NCBI GenBank assembly: GCA_002254405.1
Contig: NJDH01000003.1
Coordinates: 5,080-69,079 of the forward strand
DNA length: 64,000 bases
Direction of reading: 5' to 3'
From: Candidatus Altiarchaeales archaeon ex4484_96
GTDB lineage: Archaea; Altiarchaeota; Altiarchaeia; IMC4; QMZM01
Made by a program: the position numbers and the translations under genes. Below, in pieces: positions 48,638 through 57,800 of the stretch (positions are counted from its first letter, which is position 1; the number at the start of each line of letters is the position of its first letter). Below the pieces are notes generated by a model that made no database searches, was not told the DNA's origin, and saw nothing but the letters and a program-made list of their open reading frames with translations.

Positions 48638-49062
48638 ATATCGCAAAGTATCTGGCTAATCCATAAACCATCCTTTTTTTTGACAAAAAAATCATGTAAT
48701 GTGACTGCCTTAATCCCTGATTTCAGTGTGTGTTTATCCGGGTTGATTTTCTCCCCAAAAGCCTTCACTTTAAGGTAGTATTTTTTTTTCTTATCGAGTG
48801 TTATCTGGTATTCGCTGTAAAGCATTTTTTTTGTCTCGAAAAGATAAATTAGCTCCGAGAGAAAATCATGAAGGAGCATGTCTAGATCAAAGCATTCGAA
48901 TTCTAATACAGTGGATGTTTTTTTCCCTATGGAATCAAGGTCCGCTATGCTGTGCGTTAATGCTTTAGCTGAGTTGATAAAGCATTCATCAAGCGTTTTA
49001 CCGTAAGCCCGGTATTTGAGGTCAGCGCTGTGTTTTAGAAACCTGAATTCTTTCAATTTCAC
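48634..49062 (-). CDS. Archease
   Basis: HSADL..AYG, IKAVTLH, C-terminal DI. Confidence 0.93.
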   Translation of the reverse strand: MKLKEFRFLKHSADLKYRAYGKTLDECFINSAKALTHSIADLDSIGKKTSTVLEFECFDLDMLLHDFLSELIYLFETKKMLYSEYQITLDKKKKYYLKVKAFGEKINPDKHTLKSGIKAVTLHDFFVKKKDGLWISQILCDI

Positions 49063-49232
49063 TTATCTACTACATCCAGTTTCTCTGCTTTGATGTCGGC
49101 GATACAGCCTTTTGGTTCGGCAAGTATCTTATCGCATACAAGGCACCTGATGACGGTAGAAGCTCTCTCAAATATAACCTGCTCGTTTCCGCAGTCGGTG
49201 CATTTAATCCTTAGAAACCTGCTTTCGCTCAT
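49059..49232 (-). CDS. rps27e: 30S ribosomal protein S27e (below the ORF-track cutoff)
   Basis: Hand translation MSESRFLRIKCTDCGNEQVIFERASTVIRCLVCDKILAEPKG...; ATGA overlap with rpl44e. Confidence 0.95.
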   Translation of the reverse strand: MSESRFLRIKCTDCGNEQVIFERASTVIRCLVCDKILAEPKGCIADIKAEKLDVVDK

Positions 49233-49510
49233 AGTATCTCAGTCCTCTTCCTGCTTCTGGACCTGTAGTTTTTCTGGTGTTTTTTGCCGCAGTTTTTGCA
49301 CTTAAGTACTGCAACAGTTCTTTTACCTATCTTGTATACGTCTTTTTTGGGTGTTCGGGGGGAGCCCTTGTATCCCTTCTTGACCTGCTCGTATTTTCTC
49401 CTGCCCTCTTTCATACCTGTTTCCTTTCCTTTCTTGTTAAGCGACACATCATGCTGTGTGTGTTTTTTACAGCTTGGGCAGTATGCGCTCATAATTTTGG
49501 GTAGTTTCAT
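49229..49510 (-). CDS. rpl44e: 50S ribosomal protein L44e
   Basis: MKLPK...YCPSCKKHTQH...LKCKNCGK. Confidence 0.95.
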   Translation of the reverse strand: MKLPKIMSAYCPSCKKHTQHDVSLNKKGKETGMKEGRRKYEQVKKGYKGSPRTPKKDVYKIGKRTVAVLKCKNCGKKHQKNYRSRSRKRTEIL

Positions 49511-49559
49511 CTTGGAGATAATATTAATGTATTATACCAATAAAAGTTATTTAAGCTAT

Positions 49560-50612
49560 TCAAACCCTTTTTTTATCCTCCTGGGTTAATTTAGAGACAT
49601 TAACTCCCAGATAAAAGGCAGCTATGACCCCGATAATCGAGGGTATCAGATAAATAAAGACCCGGTTCATCAGGGTGCCCATCGTCGCGTATTCTCTGCT
49701 GATAATCACACCAGTGTAGGGTGATATGATACTAAATAACTCCACAGAGGTCCACTCCCATATACCGAGTGCCCCGGGCAGAAGAGGCAGAAACGAAACC
49801 GTTGAGACCATGGTTTCCACCACGACAATGGTAGGTAATGCGATGCTGATTCCAAGCGCCATAAAGGATACGTAAAGCCTTAGCACACGAAGTATCCATA
49901 CAAGCATCGAGATGAATATCCCCTGGCTGATAATCCATTTATCAAGGAGCTGCAGTTTCATGGCTTCATCGAATCTATTTGTTATCTCATCGAAGTTGTC
50001 TTCTATTTTATCGCTGTATCTTTTGAAAAAAGGCATTATTGATATTATTTTGGTTAATAGCCTAAGCAGGGTGCTTGAATAGGTTTTATGGTATGTTATG
50101 CCGATGACGGCGGCAAATAAGACACCCAAAATCAAAGCCATTAATAGCAGCAAAAACGATACTGCGGCAGGCACACCGCTTGAGAGGACTATGCCAATCG
50201 ATAATAGTATCATGATAAAAATCGGAAGAATCTCCAGGGCAAGATCCACGATAACGGATGAGGCAGCCGTAGGCATGCTGATTTCATCCGTCTTATAGAG
50301 GAGATAAGCCCTTATTGGCTCTCCGCCTGCTAATCCCACGGGTGTTATGTTGTTAACCAGGTAGCCTATGAATGTTGATGGGATGATGTTTTTCATGCTG
50401 ACCTTCGAGTATCTTAAAACCACCCGCCATTTAAGGGCAGCAAGTACCATGATAGCAACCTGGATGGTTAAAAGCCCGCTTAGATAAAAGATTAGCTCTC
50501 CTCTGGGCATTTCAGCTAGCTTATCCTGGATTTTTGTGAGGTCAAGTGTCTGGAAAAGCGCGATTATCAGTATAATCCCGACCAAGAAAAAAACCATAGT
50601 CCGCCGCTTCAT
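49560..50612 (-). CDS. Flippase-like LPG-synthase TM domain protein (UPF0104/AglD2-like)
   Basis: KWR, NNITP...GGEPIR, PGALGIWE. Confidence 0.88.
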   Translation of the reverse strand: MKRRTMVFFLVGIILIIALFQTLDLTKIQDKLAEMPRGELIFYLSGLLTIQVAIMVLAALKWRVVLRYSKVSMKNIIPSTFIGYLVNNITPVGLAGGEPIRAYLLYKTDEISMPTAASSVIVDLALEILPIFIMILLSIGIVLSSGVPAAVSFLLLLMALILGVLFAAVIGITYHKTYSSTLLRLLTKIISIMPFFKRYSDKIEDNFDEITNRFDEAMKLQLLDKWIISQGIFISMLVWILRVLRLYVSFMALGISIALPTIVVVETMVSTVSFLPLLPGALGIWEWTSVELFSIISPYTGVIISREYATMGTLMNRVFIYLIPSIIGVIAAFYLGVNVSKLTQEDKKRV

Positions 50613-50659
50613 TTTACATATATTTATATCGCCTAGTAGAATAACTTTATACTTTCAAA

Positions 50660-51370
50660 ATGAAGGTATCAGTTATCATTCCCGCATACAACGAGGAAAA
50701 AGACATAGGTAAATGCCTTAAATCAATTAAGGAAAACAAGTATAAAAATTTTGATGTAATAGTCGTAGACGCGGGCTCAACCGACAAGACGATTGAGATT
50801 GCGAAAGAATACACGGATAGGGTTTTAAGCGTTCATACCTCAGCCCCGGGGCCTGCAAGAAACATTGGTGTTAAGGAATCTGATGCTGAGGTAGTGGCCT
50901 TCACGGATGCTGATACTGTGGTTGCAGCTAATTGGGTGGCAGAGATGGCCGCTAAATTCACAGACCCTGATGTCGTGGGGGTCGGGGGTGTTCTTAGGCC
51001 GCTTGAACCGCGTTTGCTGGATAAGATTATGTTTAAGATTAACTCCGATTTATGGTATCGTTTCACCGCAATCTTTGGTTTTTTCCAGCTTGGAACACCA
51101 AACTGCGCCTACAGGCGGGATGCTTTCCTTGAGGTGGGGGGATTTGATGAGACCATGAGCATGCTTGAGGATACCGAGCTCTCTCTTAGAATGGGTCGCG
51201 AAAAAAGGGGCAAAATAATCATAGATAAGAGTTTAATTGCCTATAACTCGGCGAGGCGCTTTAAGCAGGAAGGCTATCTGCGGGTGTTTTTGCGCTATCT
51301 TAAGGCTTACTTTAATATGTTCACGAAAAGAGGGGTTAAATCAGAGCACTTTGATGTGATAGACCACTAG
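50660..51370 (+). CDS. Family 2 glycosyltransferase
   Basis: SVIIPAYNEE, VVDAGSTD, FTDAD, GGFDE, EDTELS.R, SARR. Confidence 0.93.
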   Translation: MKVSVIIPAYNEEKDIGKCLKSIKENKYKNFDVIVVDAGSTDKTIEIAKEYTDRVLSVHTSAPGPARNIGVKESDAEVVAFTDADTVVAANWVAEMAAKFTDPDVVGVGGVLRPLEPRLLDKIMFKINSDLWYRFTAIFGFFQLGTPNCAYRRDAFLEVGGFDETMSMLEDTELSLRMGREKRGKIIIDKSLIAYNSARRFKQEGYLRVFLRYLKAYFNMFTKRGVKSEHFDVIDH

Positions 51371-52659
51371 CTTTCCCCGTTGTTTTCGTTTGCCGCCAGA
51401 ACATCAGCTACAGGCTCGAATAAAAAGTATTTTTCCACATATTTTTTCATCTCATCATCCGATATAGATGAGCGCCTGCCTTCTTTGTCGTATAGCTTGT
51501 GTATTTTGTTGTGTATTTTTATTATTCTAGGGTCTCTTTTGTCGACCTTGACTTTGACGTCTATCAGGGCTTCGACTATCTCTTCGACCTTGTTTCTGAT
51601 TACCTCAGCCCCTGATGTGTCTCCGACCACAAGCCTTCTTTCTCCGCCAACAAGCTTGGGGGGAAACGGCTCGTAGGTGAAAGGGTTTTTTATGACGCCT
51701 GCGGTGTGGATTCCTGATTCGTGCGCGAAGATGTTTCTGCCGACAACAGCCTTGTTTCTGGGAACAAAGAAACGTGTCTCTTTTTCCATGTATCTTGCGA
51801 ATTCCACAAGCTTTTCGGCGTTGTATCTCTCAAAGCCTTCAACCCTCCATATGAGGAAAAGCAGTATTTTCTCAAGCTCTGCGTTGCCTGCTCGCTCACC
51901 TATCCCAAGGAAGGTGACATTAGACCAGTTTGCTCCGTGAATATATCCGGCAAGTGAGTTGGCTATCGCTAGACCAAAATCATCATGCATGTGGGTTTCG
52001 ATATCTCTAACTCCCGCTTCCTTCATTACCTCTATCATCTTTGGTATGCTATAAGGTAGCGGGCTGTTTTCGTAGGGCAGCCCTAAACCCAGGGTATCGC
52101 ATAACCTTATTATCGTATCCGGAGCTATCTCGATTATCTTTTTTGTGAACTCCGAAACAAAAGAGAAATCGGCGCGTGTTATGTCCTCCATGTGGCATCT
52201 GACCTTCAGTCCATGGTCTTTCGCATACTCGAGGGCGTTGAGGTATTTTTCGGTTGCCTTATCCCTGCTTTTAAGCCCTAGTTTATCGTAGATATGCGTA
52301 TCCGAGATGGACATGAGTATGCCTGTTTCCTTGATGCCGTCCATCTCAAGAATCAAATCGATGTCTTTTGGGTTTGCTCTCGCCCACCCGGTTACCTCAG
52401 GTTTATCATATCCCAGCTTGAGCATGTCTTTGGCTACTTTCTTGTCTCGTTCGTTGAACAGGAAGCATTCCAGCTTTTCTATTCCGATGTCGTGCAGGTA
52501 TTCGTATATTTTAAGCTTGTGTTTTCTTGTCAGAACAACCCCGGTCATCTGGGCGCCGTCTCTTAGTGTGCTGTCGCTTATTTTAATCTCCCCTGCATTG
52601 GGCAGCCCTATCTTTGGCATTTCATCATAACTACGATACATTTTCTGAAGAAATCTCAT
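51367..52659 (-). CDS. DRE-TIM acyl-CoA condensing enzyme (Re-citrate/homocitrate/isopropylmalate synthase family) with no LeuA regulatory domain
   Basis: DSTLRDGAQ, EDITRAD, HMHDDFG, GERAGNA, HESGIH. Confidence 0.88.
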   Translation of the reverse strand: MRFLQKMYRSYDEMPKIGLPNAGEIKISDSTLRDGAQMTGVVLTRKHKLKIYEYLHDIGIEKLECFLFNERDKKVAKDMLKLGYDKPEVTGWARANPKDIDLILEMDGIKETGILMSISDTHIYDKLGLKSRDKATEKYLNALEYAKDHGLKVRCHMEDITRADFSFVSEFTKKIIEIAPDTIIRLCDTLGLGLPYENSPLPYSIPKMIEVMKEAGVRDIETHMHDDFGLAIANSLAGYIHGANWSNVTFLGIGERAGNAELEKILLFLIWRVEGFERYNAEKLVEFARYMEKETRFFVPRNKAVVGRNIFAHESGIHTAGVIKNPFTYEPFPPKLVGGERRLVVGDTSGAEVIRNKVEEIVEALIDVKVKVDKRDPRIIKIHNKIHKLYDKEGRRSSISDDEMKKYVEKYFLFEPVADVLAANENNGES

Positions 52660-52705
52660 ATATTTAGGCTGTCAGTATAAGATATTACATTAAATCTTTA
52701 ATAAA

Positions 52706-53590
52706 TCAAAGGGCTTTAATCTTCCTGCCCTCTATGACCTGTATAATCGAATCAAAAAGCGGCTTATCCGATGTAACAGAATAAAAATCAACGCCAGCAT
52801 CCTTGCATATTTCCTGGAGGCTGAATATGTGGTTTCTGATTTTTTTCAGGTAGTCTTTTTTAAATCCCGGGCTCAGATAGGTTCGCTCATATTCGCTGCT
52901 TTCCATATCCTCAAAATTCACGTCCTCCCGGTAGCTTAGATTAATCTCGCCCGGGTCAAGCACCTGAATCAAAATAGCCTCCTTGGAGTATTTAGCTATC
53001 TGGAAGACAGCGTGCTCAAGCGACTCAATGGGTTCGATGAAATCAGATAATACTATGACAAAAGAGCGGTGTTTTATCATCTTCGTGTATTCCTCAACAG
53101 ACCTTTTAAGGTCGGTTTCTCCCTCCTGGCTTGACCTGTCGATTAACTCAATAAGCCTGAAAAAGTGTGTCTTGCTTTTCTTGGGCTGTATTATCTCGTT
53201 TATGCCGTTAGAAAATAAAGCTGAACCGAATTTCTCATATTTTCTCACTGAAAGAAAAGCGAAACCGGCTGCCAGATTAGCTGCGTAGTTGAATTTCCTC
53301 AATCCGCCTAATGCGAAGTCCATGCTGGAGCTGGAATCCAAAAGTATGTGGGTTATGAGATCTTTTTCTTCCTCGAATCTGCGGATATAAAGTCTTTCAG
53401 TCCGCCCGTATAAACGCCAGTCTATGGCTTTAAAGTCGTCTCCGGGATAGTATTGCCTGTGGTCTGATATCTCGATGCCTTTACCGGTCTGAATGGAGCG
53501 CTTACTGCCCACGTTTATGTTAGAAACTCTTTTTCTTGCTATCAGTTCCAGGTTACCCAGCTGGTTTAGGAACTCGGGGTCGACAACCAC
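52706..53590 (-). CDS. DUF58 (vWA-like) protein
   Basis: HRQYYPGDD.KAIDW, LDSSSSM, LSDF. Confidence 0.92.
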   Translation of the reverse strand: MVVDPEFLNQLGNLELIARKRVSNINVGSKRSIQTGKGIEISDHRQYYPGDDFKAIDWRLYGRTERLYIRRFEEEKDLITHILLDSSSSMDFALGGLRKFNYAANLAAGFAFLSVRKYEKFGSALFSNGINEIIQPKKSKTHFFRLIELIDRSSQEGETDLKRSVEEYTKMIKHRSFVIVLSDFIEPIESLEHAVFQIAKYSKEAILIQVLDPGEINLSYREDVNFEDMESSEYERTYLSPGFKKDYLKKIRNHIFSLQEICKDAGVDFYSVTSDKPLFDSIIQVIEGRKIKAL

Positions 53591-54621
53591 TAACCCACCT
53601 CTTTGAGTATTTTGTCTATCACATCATCGGTGGATACGCCTTTTCTCTCGGATTCGAAGTTTAGTATAATCCTGTGCCGCAACACCGGGTAAGCCATTTT
53701 TTCTATATCCTCTTTGCTGACATAGTTTCTACCCCTCACCAGCGCCCTGGCCTTGGAGGCTAAAACCAATCCAATGGATGCCCTAGGAGACGCTCCGTAG
53801 TCCAGGTATTCGCGGGCGACTCCATCATCTACCGGGCGTGTTCTGGTTACTATATCCAAAACAATATCCTTGTTTTCCTGGGATATGGGCACCTTGCGGG
53901 TCAGGTTTTGGATGTTCAGAAACTCGTCCCTGTGTATGAGCTGCTTCACATCCACCTTTTTATCTCCCGTGAACAAGTCTATTATCCTGCCTTCATCATG
54001 TTTCTCAGGATAGCTTATAACAATCTTCAGAAGGAATCGGTCCAGCTGAGCCTCGGGCAGGGGATAAGTGCCTTCCATTTCAATAGGGTTCTGGGTTGCG
54101 AGAACAAAAAAAGGCGAATCCAGTTTATGGGTTTTATTCCCTGATGAAACCTGTCTCTCCTGCATAGCCTCAAGCAGAGCTGACTGGGTTTTTGGGGTTG
54201 CACGGTTTATCTCATCAGCCAATAGGATGTTCGTGAACACCGGGCCTTTCTCGAATTTAAATGTTTTTCTCCCATCGCCTTCCTCCACGATGTAGGTTCC
54301 TGTGATATCTGAGGGCATAAGGTCTGGTGTGCACTGCACTCTTTTGAAGTCTAGATCCAGTATCTGGGACAGTGTGGAAACTGTGAATGTCTTACCCAGT
54401 CCAGGGTATCCCTCCAGCAGAGCGTGGTTTTTGGAGAAAATAGACACCAGTATCTCCTCTATAACATTATCCTGTCCCACTACCACCTTCCCCATCTCCG
54501 ACATAATGGAGTTGTAGATGTCTTTCATCTTGGGGAAGATTATCTCCAGGTCTCGTTCTTTAACCTTTTCCTCTCCTCTTATTACCTCTATTTCTTTCCA
54601 GAGGCTTCCTCCTTTTTTCAT
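53590..54621 (-). CDS. moxR: MoxR family AAA+ ATPase
   Basis: GYPGLGKT, QCTPDLMPSD, DEINRATPKTQSALLE, ATQNPIE.EGTYPLPEAQLDRF. Confidence 0.95.
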   Translation of the reverse strand: MKKGGSLWKEIEVIRGEEKVKERDLEIIFPKMKDIYNSIMSEMGKVVVGQDNVIEEILVSIFSKNHALLEGYPGLGKTFTVSTLSQILDLDFKRVQCTPDLMPSDITGTYIVEEGDGRKTFKFEKGPVFTNILLADEINRATPKTQSALLEAMQERQVSSGNKTHKLDSPFFVLATQNPIEMEGTYPLPEAQLDRFLLKIVISYPEKHDEGRIIDLFTGDKKVDVKQLIHRDEFLNIQNLTRKVPISQENKDIVLDIVTRTRPVDDGVAREYLDYGASPRASIGLVLASKARALVRGRNYVSKEDIEKMAYPVLRHRIILNFESERKGVSTDDVIDKILKEVG

Positions 54622-54655
54622 TGTTATTTCATATAATCGAATTAGATCTTATTAA

Positions 54656-55606
54656 TTATCTACCCTGCACTTCCTCCTGCATTGCCTCAAAGTATCTTTT
54701 AATAAATTCCTTGTATTTAACCGGTTCCTGCTGGGGCATCCCGGATGCTTCCCCGCTTAAATCCCGCTCGGGTATCTCCCAACCCTCTGCTTGCTCGTTC
54801 ACTTCACGCAGCTCAATGTTTCCGCCGTATTCCGGGTTGAGTTTCATATCAACGTTTCTTCCCTCTATCGAGGCTGTGGTTGGGTCCCCGAATATGTCTT
54901 CATCGGATGCTGTGCCTGCTCCTCCCCCCGCATCCGGTATGTTTCCTTCATCAAATCCCGGGATGACTCCCCCGTGCTGTGAGCCGATATCCTGTCTTTC
55001 CAGATCATCCTCGTATCTGTCATCGGCTGTGAAATCTTTTTTCTCCCCTGTCCCGGAAAGCCCCTCCCTTAAATCAAAACCAGTTGTGTCTCTTATCGAA
55101 TCAAGTAATTTGTTTATCTGCTCGTTGTCCAGCAGTGAGTTCATCAAATTCATATCGAATCCGATGAAGTTTATGCTCAACAGGATGAAAGACAAAAAAA
55201 CAGCCAGCATAGTCTTATAGGCCAGCCTGTTGCTGTCTATTAGAGATGAGACACCTGTTTTTTCCAGTAACTTGGAGACTTCACGGTTAAGCGACCGTAA
55301 AACAACGTTTTTCCCCATCTGTTTTCTGTTGTCGTAGGCTGTCTTGATTTTCTCGCTTAAATCCGGGTTTTTCAGCGATATTTTTTGCACTAGGGCGTTT
55401 TCATTAATCCTGCCTGAGATATAATAAGCGTATATCAGGTATGCGACTGTGGGTACGGCGGCGAACCAGATGTTTGATATGATAAACCTAAGGATTAAAG
55501 CCGAAACCAAAAACACAAGCACGGCATTTATTATATCAACGTATAGGCTTAGTTTATGCTGCTCCTGCTTAATCTCCTTTATTTCACCGATAAGCTTGGC
55601 TTTCAT
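54656..55606 (-). CDS. MoxR-operon membrane protein with acidic C-terminal tail
   Basis: Three TMs, LSEKIKTAYDN, acidic low-complexity tail ending IKRYFE. Confidence 0.7.
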   Translation of the reverse strand: MKAKLIGEIKEIKQEQHKLSLYVDIINAVLVFLVSALILRFIISNIWFAAVPTVAYLIYAYYISGRINENALVQKISLKNPDLSEKIKTAYDNRKQMGKNVVLRSLNREVSKLLEKTGVSSLIDSNRLAYKTMLAVFLSFILLSINFIGFDMNLMNSLLDNEQINKLLDSIRDTTGFDLREGLSGTGEKKDFTADDRYEDDLERQDIGSQHGGVIPGFDEGNIPDAGGGAGTASDEDIFGDPTTASIEGRNVDMKLNPEYGGNIELREVNEQAEGWEIPERDLSGEASGMPQQEPVKYKEFIKRYFEAMQEEVQGR

Positions 55607-55631
55607 ATTGATTCTTTTTTTATTACCTGGA

Positions 55632-56348
55632 TTAAATATCCTCTATCTTGGCGTTTATTGAGCGTATTAAGTCAAGCAGGTTGTTGCTTGAATCCAGCTT
55701 GTTTGATAAATCATTGACGCCCCCGTCAACCCTGTTCACATCACTTTTGCTTACATTTTTGTTCTTATCAAGGTCATCTTTTATATCCTCTAGCTCAGGG
55801 CTTATGTCGTCGTCTATTATTTTATCCATCTCGTCCAGGTTCATGCTCAGACTGTGGATTATAGAGCTCATGTTCCCTGCTTTGCCTTTGGCTATTGACA
55901 GCCTATCTGACACATCAGCTAATTCATTTTGGATTAATCCCTTGTTTTTCTCGCACACCTCAAGTTCCTTGATTTTCTCATCTAATCCAAGCTTGAAGTT
56001 GTCTCTTGCGCTTTCAGCCTCATCCAGACTGGTTTCCAGCACCTCTTTCTCCCCCCTGAGGTTCTGGTAGTAGTCCCCAAGCGAGGAAACCTTCTGTTTG
56101 GAGATATTCAACTCGTTTATTATTTCAATCAGCTCTTTCTCTTGAGCATCAAGTTCCAGGCTTTTCTTTATCATCTCGTCTTTTGTCTCGTTTAGGCTGT
56201 ATTCTGTTTCCTTGATTTTATCCATGGCCTTCTTATGGCTCACGTCCAGTGACTTGTATGTTTCCTGATAATACAGGGTCAGACCGAGCATGCTGAAAAG
56301 CAAAAAAATCACCAGCCCGAAGAGCACCAGATTCACATCTTTTTTCAT
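55632..56348 (-). CDS. N-terminally anchored coiled-coil protein
   Basis: Single TM followed by a long heptad-rich region. Confidence 0.7.
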   Translation of the reverse strand: MKKDVNLVLFGLVIFLLFSMLGLTLYYQETYKSLDVSHKKAMDKIKETEYSLNETKDEMIKKSLELDAQEKELIEIINELNISKQKVSSLGDYYQNLRGEKEVLETSLDEAESARDNFKLGLDEKIKELEVCEKNKGLIQNELADVSDRLSIAKGKAGNMSSIIHSLSMNLDEMDKIIDDDISPELEDIKDDLDKNKNVSKSDVNRVDGGVNDLSNKLDSSNNLLDLIRSINAKIEDI

Positions 56349-56384
56349 TGTTTACTTATAGGGTATTTCATATAATTATTTATC

Positions 56385-57197
56385 ATGGCAGTTAAACCCA
56401 AGGTAGCTGATTACATGACCCCTGAGGTGGACTACATAGACTCTGATGTTAGGGTTAGCGATGCTATTGAAACAATTATCTCCTCGACCCATGAGAATTT
56501 CCCGGTGGTTAAAGACGGTGAATTAATTGGTTTTCTAACAGCCAAGCAGCTGCTTAAACACTACGACAAGCAGGATGCGAAAATCGAGACGATACTGAAG
56601 AAAAAAAAGAAGCTGGTTGTCGCAAGGCCGGAGCTTGATTTAGAGGACACCGCCAGGGTAATATTCCGTAACGGATACAAAAAGCTCCCTGTGGTGAATG
56701 GCAATGGCATGCTGGTTGGTATTATCTCCACGCTTGATATACTGCGTTCCCATATCGAGCGGGTGACTCCGGGTAAGGTCAATATGGTGAAAAACCTTCT
56801 TGAAAGCGAGTATGGTGTCAGGGTGAGGTTAGGGAAGAGGCTGGTTCCCGTGAACAAACTACATCCAACGCAAAGGAAAATATACGCGGATGAGCTTGAG
56901 GGCAGGAAATATGAGCTGGAGAAAAAGCTTGCTGAACCTATTATTGTCGTGAAGAGAAAAAACTATTTTGTTCTGGTCGACGGTCATCATCGGGCTGTTG
57001 CGGCATTGAATCTGGGCATGGATGAGTTGATGGCTCATCTATTGGAGATGGAGCCTGAGGTGGAGTTGAGGATGGAAAAAGCAGCGAAAGAAAAAGACCT
57101 TATAACCCTCAACGACATCGAGGTGATGGATTACGCCCAGCATCCCCTGATGGAGATAACCACTAAGCTGGTGGACAAGGATAATAGAAATGCATAA
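56385..57197 (+). CDS. CBS-pair plus ParB/Srx-like domain protein
   Basis: VADYMT, FPVV, LPVV...GII; PTQ...PIIV...LVDGHHRA. Confidence 0.88.
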   Translation: MAVKPKVADYMTPEVDYIDSDVRVSDAIETIISSTHENFPVVKDGELIGFLTAKQLLKHYDKQDAKIETILKKKKKLVVARPELDLEDTARVIFRNGYKKLPVVNGNGMLVGIISTLDILRSHIERVTPGKVNMVKNLLESEYGVRVRLGKRLVPVNKLHPTQRKIYADELEGRKYELEKKLAEPIIVVKRKNYFVLVDGHHRAVAALNLGMDELMAHLLEMEPEVELRMEKAAKEKDLITLNDIEVMDYAQHPLMEITTKLVDKDNRNA

Positions 57198-57771
57198 GCG
57201 TTTTATTAACCAGAAGGCTTATGCCCTGCAGCGGTATTATCAGGCGAAGAATCTGGGTGAAGTGGATGAAGGCATTATTTCTTTGCTCGATTATCTTAAT
57301 TCCCTTGATGATTACTATACCACCTCCAGTTGCGCGGGGCGCATAACCCTGCTTTATGACCCCGGCTCCAAAAAGCAAGCTAGGTGGCTGGGTAAATGGC
57401 ATCGTAGGGTTAAACCGGATGAAATAATCGATTGTCTTAAGCTCATACCCTCTGATGGGATAATCTGGTTCAGGTATGAGTCACCTATCCTGCATGTTGT
57501 CGCCAGGACAGTCGATAAAGCCCAGACCGTTTTATATGTTGCTAGGGAGGCTGGATACAAGCGGGTTGGATTGCAGGGTTTGAAAAAAGAAAGATTTCTG
57601 GTGGAAATATGCGATACCGAGAGAGTGGATGCTCCCATAGCCGAAGAAGGGGGGCTTTTGGTGGACGATAAATACCTTAAGCATCTAGCATTATATTGCA
57701 ATAAAAGATACGTTAAAGGCAACGAAAAAATCGCTGCTCTGGAGAGCGCGTTAAGGCGGAATCTGGGTTAA
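57190..57771 (+). CDS. taw3: tRNA wyosine methyltransferase Taw3
   Basis: VDEGI, YTTSSCAGRI, KWH, PILHV. Confidence 0.92.
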   Translation: MHKRFINQKAYALQRYYQAKNLGEVDEGIISLLDYLNSLDDYYTTSSCAGRITLLYDPGSKKQARWLGKWHRRVKPDEIIDCLKLIPSDGIIWFRYESPILHVVARTVDKAQTVLYVAREAGYKRVGLQGLKKERFLVEICDTERVDAPIAEEGGLLVDDKYLKHLALYCNKRYVKGNEKIAALESALRRNLG

Positions 57772-57800
57772 TTATCATCAATCAAATACTTTAAAAGGGA

